This document shows positions 36,372 to 55,281 of a stretch of 64,000 nt of DNA, piece by piece. Each line of letters opens with the position of its first letter. Within the stretch, counting starts at the first letter, position 1. This DNA comes from Vitrella brassicaformis CCMP3155 (lineage: Eukaryota; Protista; Chromerida): the NCBI GenBank assembly GCA_001179505.1, contig CDMY01000973.1, positions 124,001-188,000 on the forward strand, read 5' to 3'. The position numbers and the translations under genes were made by a program. The notes beneath the pieces are model-generated. The model was not told the DNA's origin. It did not search any database and worked only from the letters and a program-made list of their open reading frames with translations.

Positions 36372-39300
36372 TCATGCGAACACCCCCGGCCCTCCCCTGC
36401 CTCTGGGCGACACACCATCAGGCACACACCGCCCCTCCCATGGCAGCGGCCGGCCGATCGGCGGGCCCCTCTCCACATCCTTCAACCCCACAGGGACTCT
36501 CGCCTTCCTCGGTGACCGGCCCCCGTTAGTGAGAGAGTACATCCCAAGCGGATCGCTCTGCCGCCTCGGAGAAGACATGCTCGTCCCGGGGCGGGTCCGC
36601 GGCGAGACGGGCTGAGGGTGGTAGGACGGTCTGTGGCTCCCTTCTGCTGTCTTCGGGCGAGCCGATCGCCGGACGGCCGCGAGAGGGACGAAGAGCGGCG
36701 GCCAGGGTGGTCTGGGGGGTGGGGCTGGCTTGGCCAGAGGGCCGTCGATCGACGCAGCCGAGACGCCATAGGCCTTACGGCACTGGGCGGCCAGAGAGGG
36801 GAGTGCCACGGCCGTGGATGGGGCGTTGTCCTGGGGAAGGATGATTGGCAGGGGCTCGCGATATCGCACAGCTGGTCGGTCAGGCTCACTTGTGTCGGTG
36901 GCCATAGTGTCCCTAGTGTCTTGGACAGACAGGCTCGGCTGACTTGGCTGACCCTGCTGACGGTCGACAGAGTGATGGTCCTTGGCAGAAGGGCCGACCG
37001 GGGCTGCTGCTGCTGCTGCTATTGCTGGTTCTTGTCGTTGCTTGATGATGGGTGTGTCGTCTTCACGAGTGTCGCTATTCACACGGGGGGTAGGGGCAGG
37101 GGTGGGGGCGGAAGGTCCCTCTCCATCCGCCGTCAGGGGGTGACGCAGCTCTTCCAGGGCCAGTGTAGGTGCCGCAGGGACCGCAGCCACACCTTCCTTG
37201 ACGCTCCCTCTGGGGCTGCGAATCGCACCCACACGCGTCAGGAGGTCCTTCATCTTGCTCTCCTTCTCCGCCCGGTCCCTCTCCCGCGCCCTCTCCCTCT
37301 CCCGTTGCTTCTCCCTCTCACGCGCACGACCGCTCTCGCCCCTTTGCAGGTAGGCCACACGCGGCAACGGGCTCCTCACCCCCCCGTCCGATGCAGCCGA
37401 TGCACGCCGCCTGGCTCGCATGGCGTAGCTCGGCTCCTGGCAGTATGGTGAGGTTGCGAGGGATTTGGCGATTGATCCACCGCTGATGTCGCGCCGCATG
37501 AGCTGGGGGGACTGGGAGGGCGGGGAGAGGCCGGACGAGGTGTGCCTGACGGGGTGGTGGCGGGGCGAGGGGGGCAGAACCGTCAGGGCACGACGGTACC
37601 TGCACCAACACAAAACAACAACAACAACAACACAGAGAGATCCCACCCATCTAAGTACTCTAATTGGTCCCTTCTCTCATTCCCACGGCTCACCGCTCGA
37701 CGGTGCGTCGTGCCCGTTCGATTCTGTCGTCACTGGTTGGGAAGCTGGGAGACGAGAGCCGATCGTGCAAGGGGGAGGGAGGGGGCGGGACTGGACACGA
37801 CGGCCGCAGGGGCGAGGGTGGGCTGGCCACCCTCTCCCTCGGGGCAGGGGACCGGGGTGCCTGTGGTGGCTGTGGCTGTGATGGTGAGGGCGCTAGCCGG
37901 GGGGAGAGGTCGAATGGCGGCCGTGGTGGTGGGCAGCGTGGCTGCACTGGTGGGTGCGGACTCGTCCCAAAGAGAACTGAATACACACACCGCACACACA
38001 GACAGACAGACAGAGGGCAGACAGGGGGATGATGGGCTTTAAAGGCGGTTGCGTGTGCAGTAAAGGCGGTTGCGAGTGTTTGTGCGTGTGTGTGTGTGTG
38101 TGTTTGTGTGTGTGTGCTGGCTGGTGTCCGTCTGGCTGGTTGGCCAGTTGTGTTCGTACGAGTGAGTGGTGCTGCCTGTCTCCTGTCTGGTTGCCTTGTC
38201 TGTATGTCTGTCTGTCTGTCTGTTCTACTCTACCTCTCGGTGTGGTCGTTCGCATCAGTCTGCTGTCGGCCAGGTCGCCCTATCACTGAACCATACCATG
38301 CATTCAGCCAGCCAGCCAGCCGGTCAGAGACACCTCAGTCATCACCCCCTCTCTCCCTCGTGTGCACAGCACGAGTGTGGGTGTCTGTGTGTGTGAGTGC
38401 TGCCCTGCCTCTCTTGTGTTTATTGGCTTACTGAGGTGTGGCGCGGCGATGTAGGTGCTGGACCGGTCGATTCTCTGCCCCTGGTGGAGCAACTCAAAAC
38501 CGCCGGTGTCGATTTCACGACGCTAAACACGACACAGCACACAGACAAATGGCAATGGCTGGCTGGCTGGCTGGATGGATGGATGGGCTCTTGTTCCGTT
38601 CCTCTCGCTCACTTGGTGTGGCGGCGCGTCAGCCCAATCGACCACGACCTGAGTGAGGTGAGTGAGACCAGCCACACACACAAGGGAAGGGGACGTCATG
38701 TCATGTGGATGCCATCCATCTACAGCTGGCTGCAAGAAAGACCTTGATGAGGTCGTGGAGGCACTTGCGTACTAAATACTCGGTCGTGGGCTGCACTCAC
38801 TCACAGCCGGGGGAGGAAGCAGGCAACAGTGCAGACACACAGACACAGACACAGATAAAGCTGCCCTCGCTTTCNNNNNNNNNNNNNNNNNNNNNNNNNN
38901 NNNNNNNNNNNNNNNNNNNNNNNNNNNNNNNNNNNNNNNNNNNNNNNNNNNNNNNNNNNNNNNNNNNNNNNNNNNNNNNNNNNNNNNNNNNNNNNNNNNN
39001 NNNNNNNNNNNNNNNNNNNNNNNNNNNNNNNNNNNNNNNNNNNNNNNNNNNNNNNNNNNNNNNNNNNNNNNNNNNNNNNNNNNNNNNNNNNNNNNNNNNN
39101 NNNNNNNNNNNNNNNNNNNNNNNNNNNNNNNNNNNNNNNNNNNNNNNNNNNNNNNNNNNNNNNNNNNNNNNNNNTTCCCCCCCCCCCCCCTCTCTCTGCG
39201 CACCGTGGTATAGTCCAGATCAGGGCAGGAGTTCACTTCCAGCAGCCACACGTTGAACCCCTCGTCCACCTGCAAGCAACACAAAGCAACACACACACAA

Positions 39301-42300
39301 CAACCGTCTGTCTCTCTTGTCCGTGCAGTGAGTGCGACGACTGCGCCTGTGCAACCGCCCGCTGACCATACCATAAAGTCGTAGCCGAAGATCTCGTGGC
39401 TGTTGCGCCTGTTCTCGATGGCCTGCTGCACGCACTGCAGTGAGGCGCGGACGATGCGGCGAATGGCTGGCTGCACAGATTCGCCCCAAACGTCACGCCC
39501 AAATGCGTCCTGACACACACCACACGGGGAGAGAGACGGCATATAGCATGTGTGTGTGTGTGTTGTCGGTGTGTGGAATGCACCAGTAGGTAGCTCTTGA
39601 ACTCATCAGAGCTCCACATGTTGCCCTGAAGACACATGAGTGGATGGATGGATGGGTGGCTTTCCCTGTGTGTGTGTGCAGAAGGATACCTCACCTCGAT
39701 CTCTGTGCTGTAGAACTGGGCGGAGTTCTTGGAGATCGAGTAGTTGGTCAGGTGCTTGAAACTGCAACGAGGCACAACACAGGACAACACATGATGTGGG
39801 TGGACATCGATCTGCGTCAGCTCCTGCCTGTGTCCGAAGGTACCGGCTTACCGGTTCTCGATAGAGAAAAGATCGAAGTCCTCGACGCTGAACCGCACGT
39901 AAGCGTCACGGTAGAACCACACTGCACACATGCCATCATATTCAACACACACACACACACACAGACACACACAGGCAGAGGACATTTGTGTGTGGGACGG
40001 ACAAGGCGTGCGCACCGGTGAGAGGGTTCCAATCGGTGACGACGACCCACTGGCGGATGTCAAACTTCTTGCGCTTGATGATCAGCGGACGCTCGATGTA
40101 CTTCTGGGTGATCCACTGACACATGACGCAACACCACACAACACAAGACAGCATATGCACCTCCCATGTGTGTGTGTGTGTGTGTGTGTGTGATGGTTCA
40201 CCAGTGAGCCTTCCTTGCGCGTGGCAAAGTCGGCAATCGCATCTGGAAGGCGCCCGCCCATCCATCCATCCATCCATCCACTCACGGCCGCCCTGTCGCC
40301 TCTGTGGTGTGTGTGCCTGTGCGTGTGTGTGTGCGCGTGTGTGTCGTTCGTGTGTTGCTTACTGAGGTGTCTGTAGAGCTCCACCCCCCTGCCCCGCGAC
40401 TTGGACGCAGGCTTGACGATCCACGTGTTGCTCACGCCGTTGAGGTACTTCTGACAAGCGTGACTCGACTCGAGCGCACGCAGCACCACACACGCCTACA
40501 CACACACACGCCATCCACTTCTGCTGTAGGTCATCCCTCTCGCGCCGCACCTCTTTGGCGATTTGCAGCTCCTCGTCTCTTTCCGCCACCTCGGCGAGCG
40601 GCACTTTGCTGTCGGGAGGAGATAACGCACTCACGCCATTAGTAGTAGTCAGGGTGCTGCCGTGGCCGTGGTGGTCCCCCTGGTGTTGTGGGTGCCATTC
40701 GAAGAGCCAGTGGAGTGCGTGCGGGTCCTGCAGGGCCCAGTTGATGTCCCAGTAGGGCGACAGGTCCACCTGACGTGATGTGTCATGCCATGCAGGGTGA
40801 GGGTGAGCTGGGAGGTTGGGTGAGGGAGTTGGGGGATTCTCTCTCTCTCTCTCTCTTTTCACCTGTGAGATCTGTGCCCACTCATCGTCCGTTGCGACAG
40901 CCTCGTTCGAGTAGCCATCCTGACCAGACAAGACCAGAAACACACACACACACCGACTGTGGCTGGCAGGCTGGCATGGCTGTGCTGGCTGGCGGACCCA
41001 CCTACCGGGCGATCGATGTCTTCGTCTGGGTTCTTGGCCGCCTCTCGCTGGCACACCCTCAGCGCACTCTTGACCACCTCCACAGGTATCTGTGCAGCCC
41101 ATTCAAGCGCACACACAACGCCGTGCAGTGGTGCACCCCGGCGGACGGACCTTTTGCAGCTGCTGCAGCTTGAGCGAGACGGCCGTGTCATTTGGCGTGG
41201 GCGAGGGCGTGGGCGGGGTCTTTGTCGACGTCTCGCCATTGGTGGTGGTGGCGTCATCGCCGCCGCTGCTGGTGCTGGTGGCTCCCACGCCGTTGGGGGT
41301 CTCCTCCTGTCCATCTGCCGGCTGCTGCTGCTGTTCTTCTGCTTCTTCTTGTGACGATTGTGGTGAGGCCGCCCTGTGCAAGTGTGTGAAGTAGAGGCGG
41401 TAGAGGAACAGCTGCAGAATGGCGTGCGCTTGCAGCAGCTGCGGTGCAGGGAGGGAGGAGAATGCAAGGAGGTACGTATGGTTCGCTCACAGACGTGGAT
41501 GGATTTAAGGGATCTCGCTGACCTTGAATTGCTGTGTGAAGGCCTCGACGTCGCTCGGGTCGTCCAAGTCGTAACACCTGTGTGGCCACACACACACACA
41601 CACACACAGACACAGAGAGAGAGAGAGAGATGTGCAAGGGTGTGAAGGGGTGGACTGGCTGGGCTGGCTAACCCACCTTGGGAAGATGGCATCGATGTCG
41701 ATGTCTTCCGCAAAGCGCAGATTGTTGCGCAGATTGTGCAGCAAACCAACCTGACACCCCAAATTCCTTGGGGGTGTGTGTGTGTGTGTGTGTGTGTGCA
41801 TGAGCGCATCCTTCCCTCTGTGTGACCTTTGTGGTGAGCTCTGCGCTTCTGAGGAAGTGGTTGACCTTCTGGTGCTCCAACAGGGTCAGCCGCTCGCTCG
41901 GCCAACCTGCACCCACACATCACTCACACACGCACACACGTCATTCGCCGATTCCGCGCCCAGACGGACCCACATACTTACCTTGTTTCGGGTAGACAAG
42001 CTGCCTGGGCGACCTCGGCGACCTGGGCGAGTTGGCCCTCGGCTGGTGTATGTTGAGGACGTCGCGGCCGGACGCAATCCACCGGAGGTCGAAGAAGGCG
42101 CTGCTCTTGTCGGGGTTCTCCACCCACCCTGGCAACACACACACACACACAGCAGAGATGGAGTAATGGCGCGTGTGCCATGTGGCTGAGTGGGGGGGAA
42201 GGGGGGGTGGGGGGTGGAGGGGGCGACCTCTTTCTACGAGTGCCTCTCGAATGGCGGGGAAACTGCCGCTGATGATGAACACCTTTTGGTCCGGCTCCAC

Positions 42301-43117
42301 GCCCTTGAGCGACTTCCACTGGGCGAAATCGCTCCACCAATCTGCACACACACAGACACGACCAAACACGTGGACACTTCACGGGCACCCTCCCTCCCTT
42401 GTTGTGTACCCGACACGAATGCGGTCGACAGGTGCCTGCTCATGCAGGGCGGAGGCGTGGCGCTCCGCAACGGACTCACACCGTCTGCAAACACACACAC
42501 ACACACACATACACGGATGGTTCCTACCCGACCGCATGCACCCTTCCGTCCGGTTCTCACCAGCCAACGATCGCCTGGCGCTCATGGCACCGTTGCTGCC
42601 CGTCCTGAGGGCACTCCGGGGCGACGGCGATGGCGATGGCGACCCCGTTCCGACCGGTAGCCGAGGCAGCACGCTGCCGCGCTGGTGGTCGTAGGGGCTG
42701 GCCTCCCTGCCATTGGCCCTCTGCCTCTCCCGCCGTGGGTTGACCAGCGGGGGAGGGCGTCTTCTCGGCCCGGGCGTCGCGCTGCAGCTGCGCTCCAGCC
42801 TGCATGACCAACCAACCAACCAACCAGCCACACGAAAAAACCACATGCACAAGCACATGCAGATGCATGTGAAGGGCGAGGCGGGTGGGGCTCCTGAAGT
42901 AGTCTGACCTGTTGGCGGGCGCCTCCTCAGGGTCATCCCAGAAGGACGGCAGCACCGCGTTGGACCCGCGAAGCCGCTGCTTGTCCCTCAGCGCCTTGAG
43001 CATCTCGATGTTACGCTGGTGCTGCTGCTGGTCGTCCTCCTCTGCAGCCGCGGGCTGGCCGCCCAGGGAGGCCAGAGGCAGCCGAGGGATCAGCACGTTG
43101 GACCCGTTCGCGGCCAT
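36372..43117 (-). CDS. TTLL3: Tubulin-tyrosine-ligase-like protein, TTLL3/TTLL8-type monoglycylase; spans an assembly gap
   Basis: [12 protein letters not shown]|[15 protein letters not shown]|VGL, IFPR|[67 protein letters not shown]. Exon structure of the low-complexity C-terminal region (36372-38030) is uncertain. Confidence 0.85.
38875..39174. other. Assembly gap (300 N) in a TTLL intron
   Basis: N run flanked by a poly-C tract. Confidence 1.
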
Positions 43118-43304
43118 CCTGCAGGCCGTGAGCGTGCCGAACTTAAGAATCGATTTCTTTTCTTTGTCTGGAAGCAGGAGCTGCTGAAACGCTGAGGGGA
43201 AGGGGAGGGGGAGGGAGGGGAGAGTTTGTTGGGGGCACTTCTAAGCTCGCAAAGATTGCGAGCTGCCGGTAGGAAATCCAGCCGGCCGTGATGGGAAGGA
43301 TGTG

Positions 43305-43359
43305 ACGGCTTCCAAGTGGCTATGAGCTGGAAGGAAGGTCATAGCCACTTGGAAGCCGT
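43305..43359. repeat. Perfect 21-bp inverted repeat with 13-nt loop
   Basis: ACGGCTTCCAAGTGGCTATGA (43305-43325) is the exact reverse complement of TCATAGCCACTTGGAAGCCGT (43339-43359). It lies between two divergent genes. Confidence 0.95.
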
Positions 43360-43473
43360 GACCTCGGCTACGCAGCCCCCGGGCGCGGCTCGCGGACGGC
43401 TGTCAGTCTAGGCTGTCAGCGTGCGGCTACGCCGCATTCGTCGACTAGATCATCTCTTAGATCCAAGACGGCC

Positions 43474-45062
43474 ATGGCAGAGGTGCACCAGCAGCCTCCC
43501 CAGCCGGAGCCGCCGGTCATCGACCTCTGTGGTGACGATGATGAGCAACCAAACCCGCCGGTCCCTCTCCCCAGTGCGGCACCCGTCGTGCCAGCCGCTC
43601 ACCCTCCTGCTGTCCCCCCCGTCCCACCCCCTCCAGCACATCAGCAGGATGTCGGTGACCTGGCCATCGTTGCTGTCGTTCCAGTTCCGTGGCAGCAGGC
43701 ACCACCACCACAGGAACCTCAGCAGCCGGCACCACAGGCGCCACCACAGGCGCCACCACAGGCACCAGCACCAGCGGCTCCTCCCCAGCAGGGAGGAGGT
43801 GGCCCGCCGGTTGTCGTTGACCTGAGACATTCGCCGACGCATCGGCCGTTTGTGATGCCTCAGCTGCCGCGGTCCCCCATAGACCTGACGGAGGGAGAGG
43901 AAGGAGAGGCAGGACAGGGCGGCAACGGCCAGGCTCCCGCTCCTCCTCCAGCAGCGGCAGCAGCTGCAGCTGCTGCCGCTGGTGGTGGCGACGGACCCAG
44001 GCCGGTTGCCGTTCGTGTCGCTGGGGTCCGTCGAGGGCGCGAGGAGAGGGAGGGGCAGGGAGGGCCAGCAGCTGCGGCAGCTGCAGCAGCTGCTGAGGTG
44101 CCACGCGCACCTATGCCACCGATGGGTGCCATGGGTTCGCTTCCTCCCCTGATCAACCTAGAGGTCAGCGACACAACCACACACACAGAGAGAGCACAGC
44201 CCCTACCCCGATTCGAATCAATCGTGTGCTGTGCTCCTTCAGGACGACGATGAGGACCTTCCGCCGCCCCCCAAGATGCCTCGCATGGAGCAGCCTGCAG
44301 CAGCAGCAGCTGCAGCAGCGGCAGCGGCAGCCCCGGCGGTGCCTCCTGCGCCCCCCGTCGACCCTTTGGCGGCCCTTTTCGCCCAGGCGGAGTGCCCCAT
44401 CTGCATGGAGCCCCTCCGGCGGCGCAGAGACCCCCACCGGGAGGCCAGGCAGAAGGAGATCGAGATGGAGGGCAAGAACGACGCCAATGAGGAGGAAGAC
44501 AAAGACAAGGACAAGGAGGCGGCGGGCGAGGCGAGTGAGCCCGCCCCTGCCGCAGCTGCAGCGGCGGCTGCTGCTGCTGTTCCTGGTGGTGGTCGTGGGA
44601 GGGGGGCCAAGAGAGCGGGGGGCGCTAGAGGGAAGGCGAAAGGCCGGGGGCGGGGCAAGTTGGCGGGTGCCGCTGCTGTGGCGGCGATTAAGAAGGAAAT
44701 CGAGGAGACCGAGGAGGTGCGCTTGAAAAGCACAGCCCTCCCAGGAGGGGGATGCCAGTGTGTCTGATTTCTCTTCTCTGTCTGCCGTGTGGTGTGTGCA
44801 GAAGTCTGGCCGCCTCGCATCCACCACGTGCGGCCACGTCTTCTGCGAGGTGAGACTGACCCGACCACTGTCAGTCAGTCAGTCAGTCACCATCCTGAAT
44901 AGGTACCCTTCTGTCTGTGTGCGTGTGTGTATGTCTGTCTGTCTGTGTCTGTGTGTGTGTGTCGATTAGGAGTGCATCCAGCGGCAGATCAAGGAGAACC
45001 GCATGTGTCCTGTGTGCCGCAAAAAACTGGCCCTCAAGGACATGCACCCGCTCTTCCTCTGA
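43474..45062 (+). CDS. RNF4: RNF4-like SUMO-targeted ubiquitin ligase (multiple SIMs + C-terminal C3HC4 RING)
   Basis: SIM-like motifs PVIDLCGDDD, PVVVDL, PIDLTEGEE, LINLE|DDDED. RING: CPICMEPL...KSGRLASTTCGHVFCE|ECI..CPVCRKKL..HPLFL*. Confidence 0.85.
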
Positions 45063-45845
45063 GCGACTCAAGCAAGGCACCCAGGCAGGCACGGTCGCAG
45101 CACGGCACACACGTGCATGCGTCAGAGTGCGGCCACCCTAGCAGCAGTAGCAGCGGGCTTTTTGGTGCAGTGGTTGGTGGGCAGGCCTGCTTTGGCTTGG
45201 TTAAACGGTTTGGCAGGTGGTGCATGTGTGTGCGCCGGCAGATAGCTGCTAGGCACGATGGTGTAGTTGTGTACCGACTTGATTAACTCGTGTGGGTGCA
45301 GGGGTGCGTCTCCTTGCGTCTGCACGGTGGGTGGGTAGCTGTGTGTCTGCTGCGTAAATGTGCACGTCTGAGTGTCTAACTGACTAAGTGAGTGGGAGAT
45401 GCACCGCCCCCACCCCACCCGTGGCAGAGAGGTTGCTCCATCTTCCATCGATGGGCGTTTTTGGACAGGTGGATGGATTGGTTGATGGACGGTTGGTTGG
45501 TTTGTGTGCCATGCATGTCTTTCATGTGTGTCGTGCACCAAGTGGGGAAATTTAAACCATTCATTCACCATCCATTTGAACAATCTGCTTGTTTCCGCGT
45601 CAATCAAGATGGATGTCTCCTTTAGGCATCATGTCATGTCATGCACACACCCCACCAGCCACATGGGGAGACCAAGTGAGTGGCCCACACCAACAGGGAA
45701 ACGCGCGTCACTCATTCAGTCAGTCAGTCTGCTCATTCACCCACTCACGCCCACCAGCCCACCACACACCTACCCCCACATAACCACCCACCCCACCTTC
45801 TCTCTGCCCGCAGCTCCGAGCCGCCTGACTGACCAATCCGCGCAC

Positions 45846-46808
45846 TCAGGGGTAGAAGGGCCCGGGCGGTCTCGCTCCTGGCTGCTGATAGGGGGCCATG
45901 TGTCGCGGCGGGGGCGGCATGTGCACCGGGGGATAGACATTCTGAGGGTTGTAGGGCTCGTCATACTCGAACGGCTGGTTGCCCTGGCCCATGGTGCTGC
46001 TCATGACGGGCGGTGGGCGGGGGGGGGTGAGGAGCGGGGGTCGGTGGGAGAAGGGGGAGGGGCCGGGAGGGTACATGGGGGGCGGAAACATCGGCCGATG
46101 CGGCGCGGGCTGCAGCCGGAGTCGGGGCTGCTGGTATTGCTGCTGCTGGGGGTTGCTGTTGTTCAGGTGCTGTGGGTTGCTGGTGCGGTGCTCCACCTGT
46201 GTCTTGACCTGCTTCATGTGCTGCATGATGATCGACATCAGGACGCTCGGCTGCTGCCGCATCACCGACGCCGACGGGCCAATCGCCGGCGGCTTGACCT
46301 TCATGCCCTCCTCGAACGGCACCAAGTAGCTGCGGCCGTCCGTCACGCTCCACACCTTCTTGTCGGTCTCCTTGAGCTTCAGCCCCAGCGGCTCCAGGGT
46401 CTTCTGGATGACGTTGAGCGTCTCCACCGTCCGGAACCCTCCCGAGTTGAGGACGATGTCGCCCTTCCCCTTGCTGACCTTGACCACCTCGGTGTCGTAG
46501 AGCTTGACGATCAGGTCACCCTCCACGTTGTAGAAGCACTCGCTGTGCATGACGCCCCGGTCCTCGTGAGACTTCTTGCCAGGCCGCTGCGGCGCTCTGC
46601 CGCCTCCCGCGTATGGCCCGCTCTGCGCCGAGTAGCGGCTTCTCTGGGAGCGGAGCGGGCGGCCGCTGCCATCTCGGTGTGGGCGAGAGGGGAAGAGGGA
46701 GCGTGGCGGGCCGTTGGACTGGTCCATGGCATGGTGTGCGTCGGTCGGTCCGCCTCCCTCGTCCTTGATGATGTCGTCCAGAGACTTGTCAAGCTTCTCG
46801 CTTCCCAT
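45846..46808 (-). CDS. Intronless protein with N-terminal UAP56-binding motif, R/G-rich segment, unknown central domain and P/Q-rich tail
   Basis: Begins MGSEKLDKSLDDIIK, matching the ALYREF/Yra1/UIF UBM consensus (recalled as KLDMSLDDII). No RRM seen. Strong GC3 coding bias. Confidence 0.75.
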   Translation of the reverse strand: MGSEKLDKSLDDIIKDEGGGPTDAHHAMDQSNGPPRSLFPSRPHRDGSGRPLRSQRSRYSAQSGPYAGGGRAPQRPGKKSHEDRGVMHSECFYNVEGDLIVKLYDTEVVKVSKGKGDIVLNSGGFRTVETLNVIQKTLEPLGLKLKETDKKVWSVTDGRSYLVPFEEGMKVKPPAIGPSASVMRQQPSVLMSIIMQHMKQVKTQVEHRTSNPQHLNNSNPQQQQYQQPRLRLQPAPHRPMFPPPMYPPGPSPFSHRPPLLTPPRPPPVMSSTMGQGNQPFEYDEPYNPQNVYPPVHMPPPPRHMAPYQQPGARPPGPFYP

Positions 46809-46934
46809 GGCGATGACGGCAACGAGATGAACCAGGAACCAACAGACAGGAGAATCGGTCCACGCCTCGGAGCAAGCCAAGAAGCTCGCAAAAGTTGAAG
46901 TTTCGCTTCTCTCGTTCGTCGGCTCGGCTGCATA

Positions 46935-53705
<6,771 letters not shown>

Positions 53706-55281
53706 CAGACAGGCGGTCGGTCGGTCGGCCGGTCAATCCCATGGTTTTTTGGGACACCCACCCACCCATTCGCACGACGATTTGTCCGTCTGCATCTACA
53801 CATACCGCCGATCTACATCATCAGTCAGTCAGTCAGTCAGTTTCTATCGATCCTTCCGTCCATTGAGCTTTTCTTTCCCCGCTGTGTGTCCTCTCCGCTC
53901 GTCACTTTTGCCTGGCAGTGCTGCGACCCTGAATCACACACTATCATGCGCATGACCACCCATCCATCCATCCACTGCACATACCTGTGTTGAACGTGCA
54001 ACGACCGACAGACGCGAAAGCCAGGCAGCTGCCGTGTGTGGCACGATGTCGACTGAGTACAGTGGGTACGTTCATGAGTGCGCGCGTGTGTTTCGTAAGT
54101 GCGTGCGGGCGTCTGTGGCTGCCGGCAGTTATGCAGGCAGGACGGCAGGCCGTGTGTGTCCATCGGCACACGAACGAACGAGTATGCGTGTTGTCGTGAT
54201 GTGTGTGTGTGTGTGCGGACCCCCCCCGTCGGTGTGTCAAGGTTGTGGGTGTGTGTTTTGCGCAGACACGAAGGGAATTGGTGACCGGTAGCTAGTTTTG
54301 GTGCTGCTGGACCCGACTCGACCTGACAGACAGGCAGGCAGGCAGGTCACAAAGAAGGAAGTTCTGTTTTTGGTGTGTCGCGTAAGTGGATGGCGTGCAG
54401 TTGACGGTCTTTTTCTAGTGCCTCTACATACAGACACACACCCAGCTGGTCGGCAAGCGGCGTCGACCGACCTTCACGCGACCTGTCTGTCTGTCTGCCC
54501 AATGCGTGTGTGCATGTGTGTGTGTCGATCGGTCTTCTGTGCTTGCGTACTAGTCACGATGTTATGTTATGTCATGTGCTGTGTCGTGTTGTGTTGTCAT
54601 GTGATGTGATGGCTCTCGCCACGCCTCCCCAAGCGCCAGCCACGTGTGCCTGCCTGCCACAGGACGTCACCGGTCTGTTTTTTGCCGAGTGACCGGCAGG
54701 CCGGAAGGCAGGAGCGGCCCGGCCGTGCATGTGCACTGTGTGTTTGTGGATGTGCGTATGTGCGTGTCTGTTCTGGCCCTAGCCTTTTTTTTTCACAAGC
54801 ATCACAGGGCGCCCACGGGTGCGGGACCGATGCTTGCTTAAGCTTCCTTTCCTCTCTCGTCACCTTTTTACTCACTCACGTGACCCTCTGCTGACCTGAC
54901 GTGCGCACATATGTACCTCCTGGTGTCCGTCCGTCCGGCTGTGTACGTGTGGTGTGTGCGCTTTTTGACGCGCACACACGGATGTCGGAGAGAGAGCTTG
55001 GTTTTTAAGAGAGATGCAGTGTGTGTGTGTGTGTACGAAGCTAGTGGGCCGGTAAGGCAGTGCAGTCCGTCAGTCAGTCGGTCCGTCAGCACGCACATGT
55101 CGATCAGCTGTTTATCCAGATACGACAGGTGCACTTGTGTATGTCTGGTACAGCGCACATCCAAACAACCCGGACACTCTCCTAGCCAATCCGATCTTGG
55201 CCAGCAGGACGGCGCACTCGCCCGTTCCTTGCTCTTTTTTCTTCCCCCAGCGGTTTCCGCGTACCCATAGCAAGAGTAGAA

